Assembly (NCBI GenBank): GCA_049724395.1
Contig: JAUGWO010000093.1
Location: forward strand, 1-38,190
DNA length: 38,190 nt
Direction of reading: 5' to 3'
DNA from: Spongospora subterranea f. sp. subterranea
Taxonomy: Eukaryota
Shown here: one piece after another, positions 35,565 to 38,190 of the stretch
Layout of the letters: each line of letters starts with the position of its first letter
Numbering within the stretch: the stretch's first letter is position 1
The notes under the pieces: model-generated
Told to the model about the DNA's origin: nothing
Databases searched by the model: none
What the model saw: only the letters and a program-made list of their open reading frames with translations
Position numbers and translations under genes: made by a program

Positions 35565-36314
35565 ATGTCTGTCAACGCAACGACGCCTCGTTTGAAGGCA
35601 TCTCGAGGCAAGAATTGGGCACCAAGTGAGTGCATCGTGGTCGTCAGGCGTTGGATCGCCATATCAGAGGATCCTATCAAGGGAAAAGACCAGAAAGGAG
35701 CGGATTTCTGGCAAGCAGTCCTCGACAACATTCCTGAGCGCAACAGACTGTCTTGTTCGAAGACTTTCGCGAAGATTTTACAAGCTGCTCAAAAATTTTG
35801 TTGCGACGAACTCCAGCGGTTATTCCAGCGACGATATTGTCGAGAAGCCATGCAATTGTATCAGGCCCAATGCGGGTCCGAATTCAAGCTGATAGAATGT
35901 TGGCGAATTTTAAAACAATGCCCAAAGTTTGCCGTTCCATCGAAACGATTGTTGCAGCTCAGACAACCTGTCTATGGACTGCGAATCGCCAGCACCAACG
36001 CGACCGATGGGATCAAAGCAAGCGAAAGGGTGCGCAATGAATCTGTGGGGCACGAAAATAACGAGCAATCGCTTGCGCGAATAAAATTATTTGACGCGGC
36101 TGAGCAAACAATTCAGGTTCTGGCGGAACAGACCCAGACAATGAGAGAACAGGTTAACGTTTTGCGCGAGCAATCGAATGCTCTTTTGGAGAATAACGCG
36201 ATTGAATTGTTTTCTATCAAAGACGAAGACATTTCTGAATCATCGGCTGAGTTTTTTAGACTCATGAAGACCAAAAAACTCGCGGAATTGCGCGAGCGAT
36301 TGGAGTTGGAATAG
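35565..36314 (+). CDS. Harbinger accessory Myb/SANT-like (NAM-associated-type) protein
   Basis: RGKNWAPSEC..WIAISEDPIKGKDQKGADFW, FKLIECWRILKQCPKF; convergent with the transposase. Confidence 0.82.
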   Translation: MSVNATTPRLKASRGKNWAPSECIVVVRRWIAISEDPIKGKDQKGADFWQAVLDNIPERNRLSCSKTFAKILQAAQKFCCDELQRLFQRRYCREAMQLYQAQCGSEFKLIECWRILKQCPKFAVPSKRLLQLRQPVYGLRIASTNATDGIKASERVRNESVGHENNEQSLARIKLFDAAEQTIQVLAEQTQTMREQVNVLREQSNALLENNAIELFSIKDEDISESSAEFFRLMKTKKLAELRERLELE

Positions 36315-36348
36315 TTAACAATACAGAGGCTACGTGCCGTTTATAGAT

Positions 36349-37635
36349 TTACTGATCGTTGCCAGAACCACCGTGAGATGACCAAAAATGCTCAACTAAA
36401 TCATTCGTCCCAGCCAGGTGCGCGTCCCGGTTTCGCATTGCCTGAAGCTGCCTGCAAATAAAATTAATCGGCATGAGGCCGTAGTTCCTGATCGCGAACG
36501 ACACCTTGATCAACGGATTGCGCTCCGGATGCTGCAACCATTGAAGCAATGTCATCCTCATGATCCTGAATGCTCATGCTTGCACCATGTTCAACGATCA
36601 TATTATGTAGGACGATACAGGTTTTCACAATATTCTTCATGTTCTGTGAGCTCCACGATCGGCCCGGGACTGACAATATGTTGAAGCGGCTTTGCAAGAT
36701 GCCGAATACCCTTTCCACTTCTTTTTGTTTTGCCTGTTGCAGTTTGGCAAACAATCTCTTTTTACAGGAATCAGGTTGACGAAAAGTTTTTACAAAACAT
36801 TTCCAAGCTGGATATATGCCGTCCACCAGAATGTAGTAATCATCGTATGGATTGCCGTTGATCACGTACGGTTTACATTTGAGGTTACCCTGCACGATGC
36901 TAGCTATCAAGGGTGAACGATCAAGAAAGTTCAGGTCGTTCATTGAGCCTGGGTATCCGAAGCTGGCAAACCAAATATATGCGTCGGGACCAACGATCGC
37001 TTCCAATACCATTGTAGGCATTGGCTTATCTTTGCCGACGTATTGACCCGAATACGCCTTAGGACAATTTTTCCATTCCCAATGCATGCAATCCATGCTG
37101 AACGCTTGACCTGTCCACCCGTTTTGCTCATTGATTTCGAGGATTTTGTCAATATCATGTTCTGTTGGGGCCTTAGATATTGGCTTCCGTACGCAGAAAT
37201 GATACCATCGCAAAATGCTTCAAGACAGTTCTTAGCAACAGTTTCAGAAATTCGACAATAATCATCCATAGCGTCGGCAGGCGATCCATAACAGATCATT
37301 CGTAGCGCAGCAGTAATCTTCTGTAGGGGACTGGGCCCAGGTTTAGGCAGAGCATCAGCTTTGCTGTAAATATGGGGCAAAACTTGGCAATTCCTGAAGA
37401 ATCTTGGTGAATAACGCCGGCCTCATTCTGAACCGTCGGCGGAAGTTCTGGATAAGTAGGGTCACGTGACAGATAATCCCGAACAATTGCTGCATGTCCA
37501 GCAGCGACATCGCGGCTCAAATTGGGACTTTTTCCAGGTTTTGAGATGGCGCTTTTGTGGGCGTTGTTGTTCGCTCAGAGACTCGAAAATTTCCAATTCT
37601 ACGGGATCATCCAACGTTGAATCATACGAAGCCAT
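36349..37635 (-). pseudogene. Harbinger transposase (plant-transposon-protein type), multiple frameshifts
   Basis: SPLQKITAALRMICYG, SMDCMHWEWKNCPKA, PGSMNDLNFL, LVDGIYP, KEVERVFGILQSRF, CIVLHNMIVE spread over several frames. Confidence 0.92.
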
Positions 37636-37759
37636 CGGGAGCCACATATTCTGCATTAGCCGCGCGCGCCAACGGATCACAACTGGGACAGGACTACACT
37701 TATATGATGACTGGATGGGGGGTTGCATTATCAAAATCAGACATTGATAATGGCCTAAA

Positions 37760-38190
37760 GGGATCTGGATGCGGTTCTGAGAGATGCAATAGGATTACAG
37801 TTAATCGTGGTACTCAAAGGAGTAACGGATCGATAACTGATGAATCTGAGCATGTTGAGAATGATATCGATCATGATGCATGGACCAAATTCGGCGATGG
37901 CTGGTCTCCACTTGGCGAAGTATGGAAAGCTCTCAGAGAGAGAGTCCCGAAAGGATACAAAACCATACATGCAATGGTTGATATTGCACCAAACATTCTC
38001 GAGGCTCTGTATACAGTAAATTACCACAAATCCACGCGAAAGGAGGCAATTGAAAAGCACAAACGCAACGAACTTCTTCCACGAGACCTGGATGTAGAAA
38101 TCTGGACTGATGGCAGTTATACCAAAGGCAAAAAAGGGGGTGCTGCTGCCCTTATTCGCTACAAAAGCATCAAAGGTGTAGAGGCAAATC
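37760..38190 (+). CDS. Partial retroelement ORF with RNase H N-terminus (likely LINE ORF2), runs off the window
   Basis: Open frame to the window end with DVEIWTDGSYTKGKKGGAAALI. Confidence 0.7.

Overview
Eukaryotic (intron-rich, microbial-eukaryote-like) DNA dominated by deeply nested transposons. From left to right: an internally deleted chromodomain Ty3/Gypsy element (~1218-3825); a two-gene PIF/Harbinger-type element (3826-~12050) whose right end is amplified into a TIR-bearing tandem array; a Mutator (MULE) element inside it (3866-8718, 9-bp TSD) whose spliced transposase appears to continue into a USP/C19-like cysteine-protease domain; and a 5'-truncated LINE-type insert inside the MULE's left TIR. 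Next come a second, truncated Gypsy (12200-14297) and a TA-flanked MITE (14305-18159) holding an intact long-spacer IS630/Tc1/mariner element plus a related MITE. A 4.2-kb 41-bp satellite follows, then a modular multi-exon ankyrin-repeat gene with frame disruptions, LINE and Copia relics (one LINE with a twin-priming-like inversion), and a spliced FHOD-like formin gene (31155-34688, minus). The window ends with a second, decayed Harbinger that has a fold-back left end, and a LINE RNase H fragment. No CRISPR array, rRNA, tRNA or TnpB/Fanzor was recognised. All family calls come from motif recognition by eye, not database searches, and some 1-bp frameshifts may be sequencing errors.
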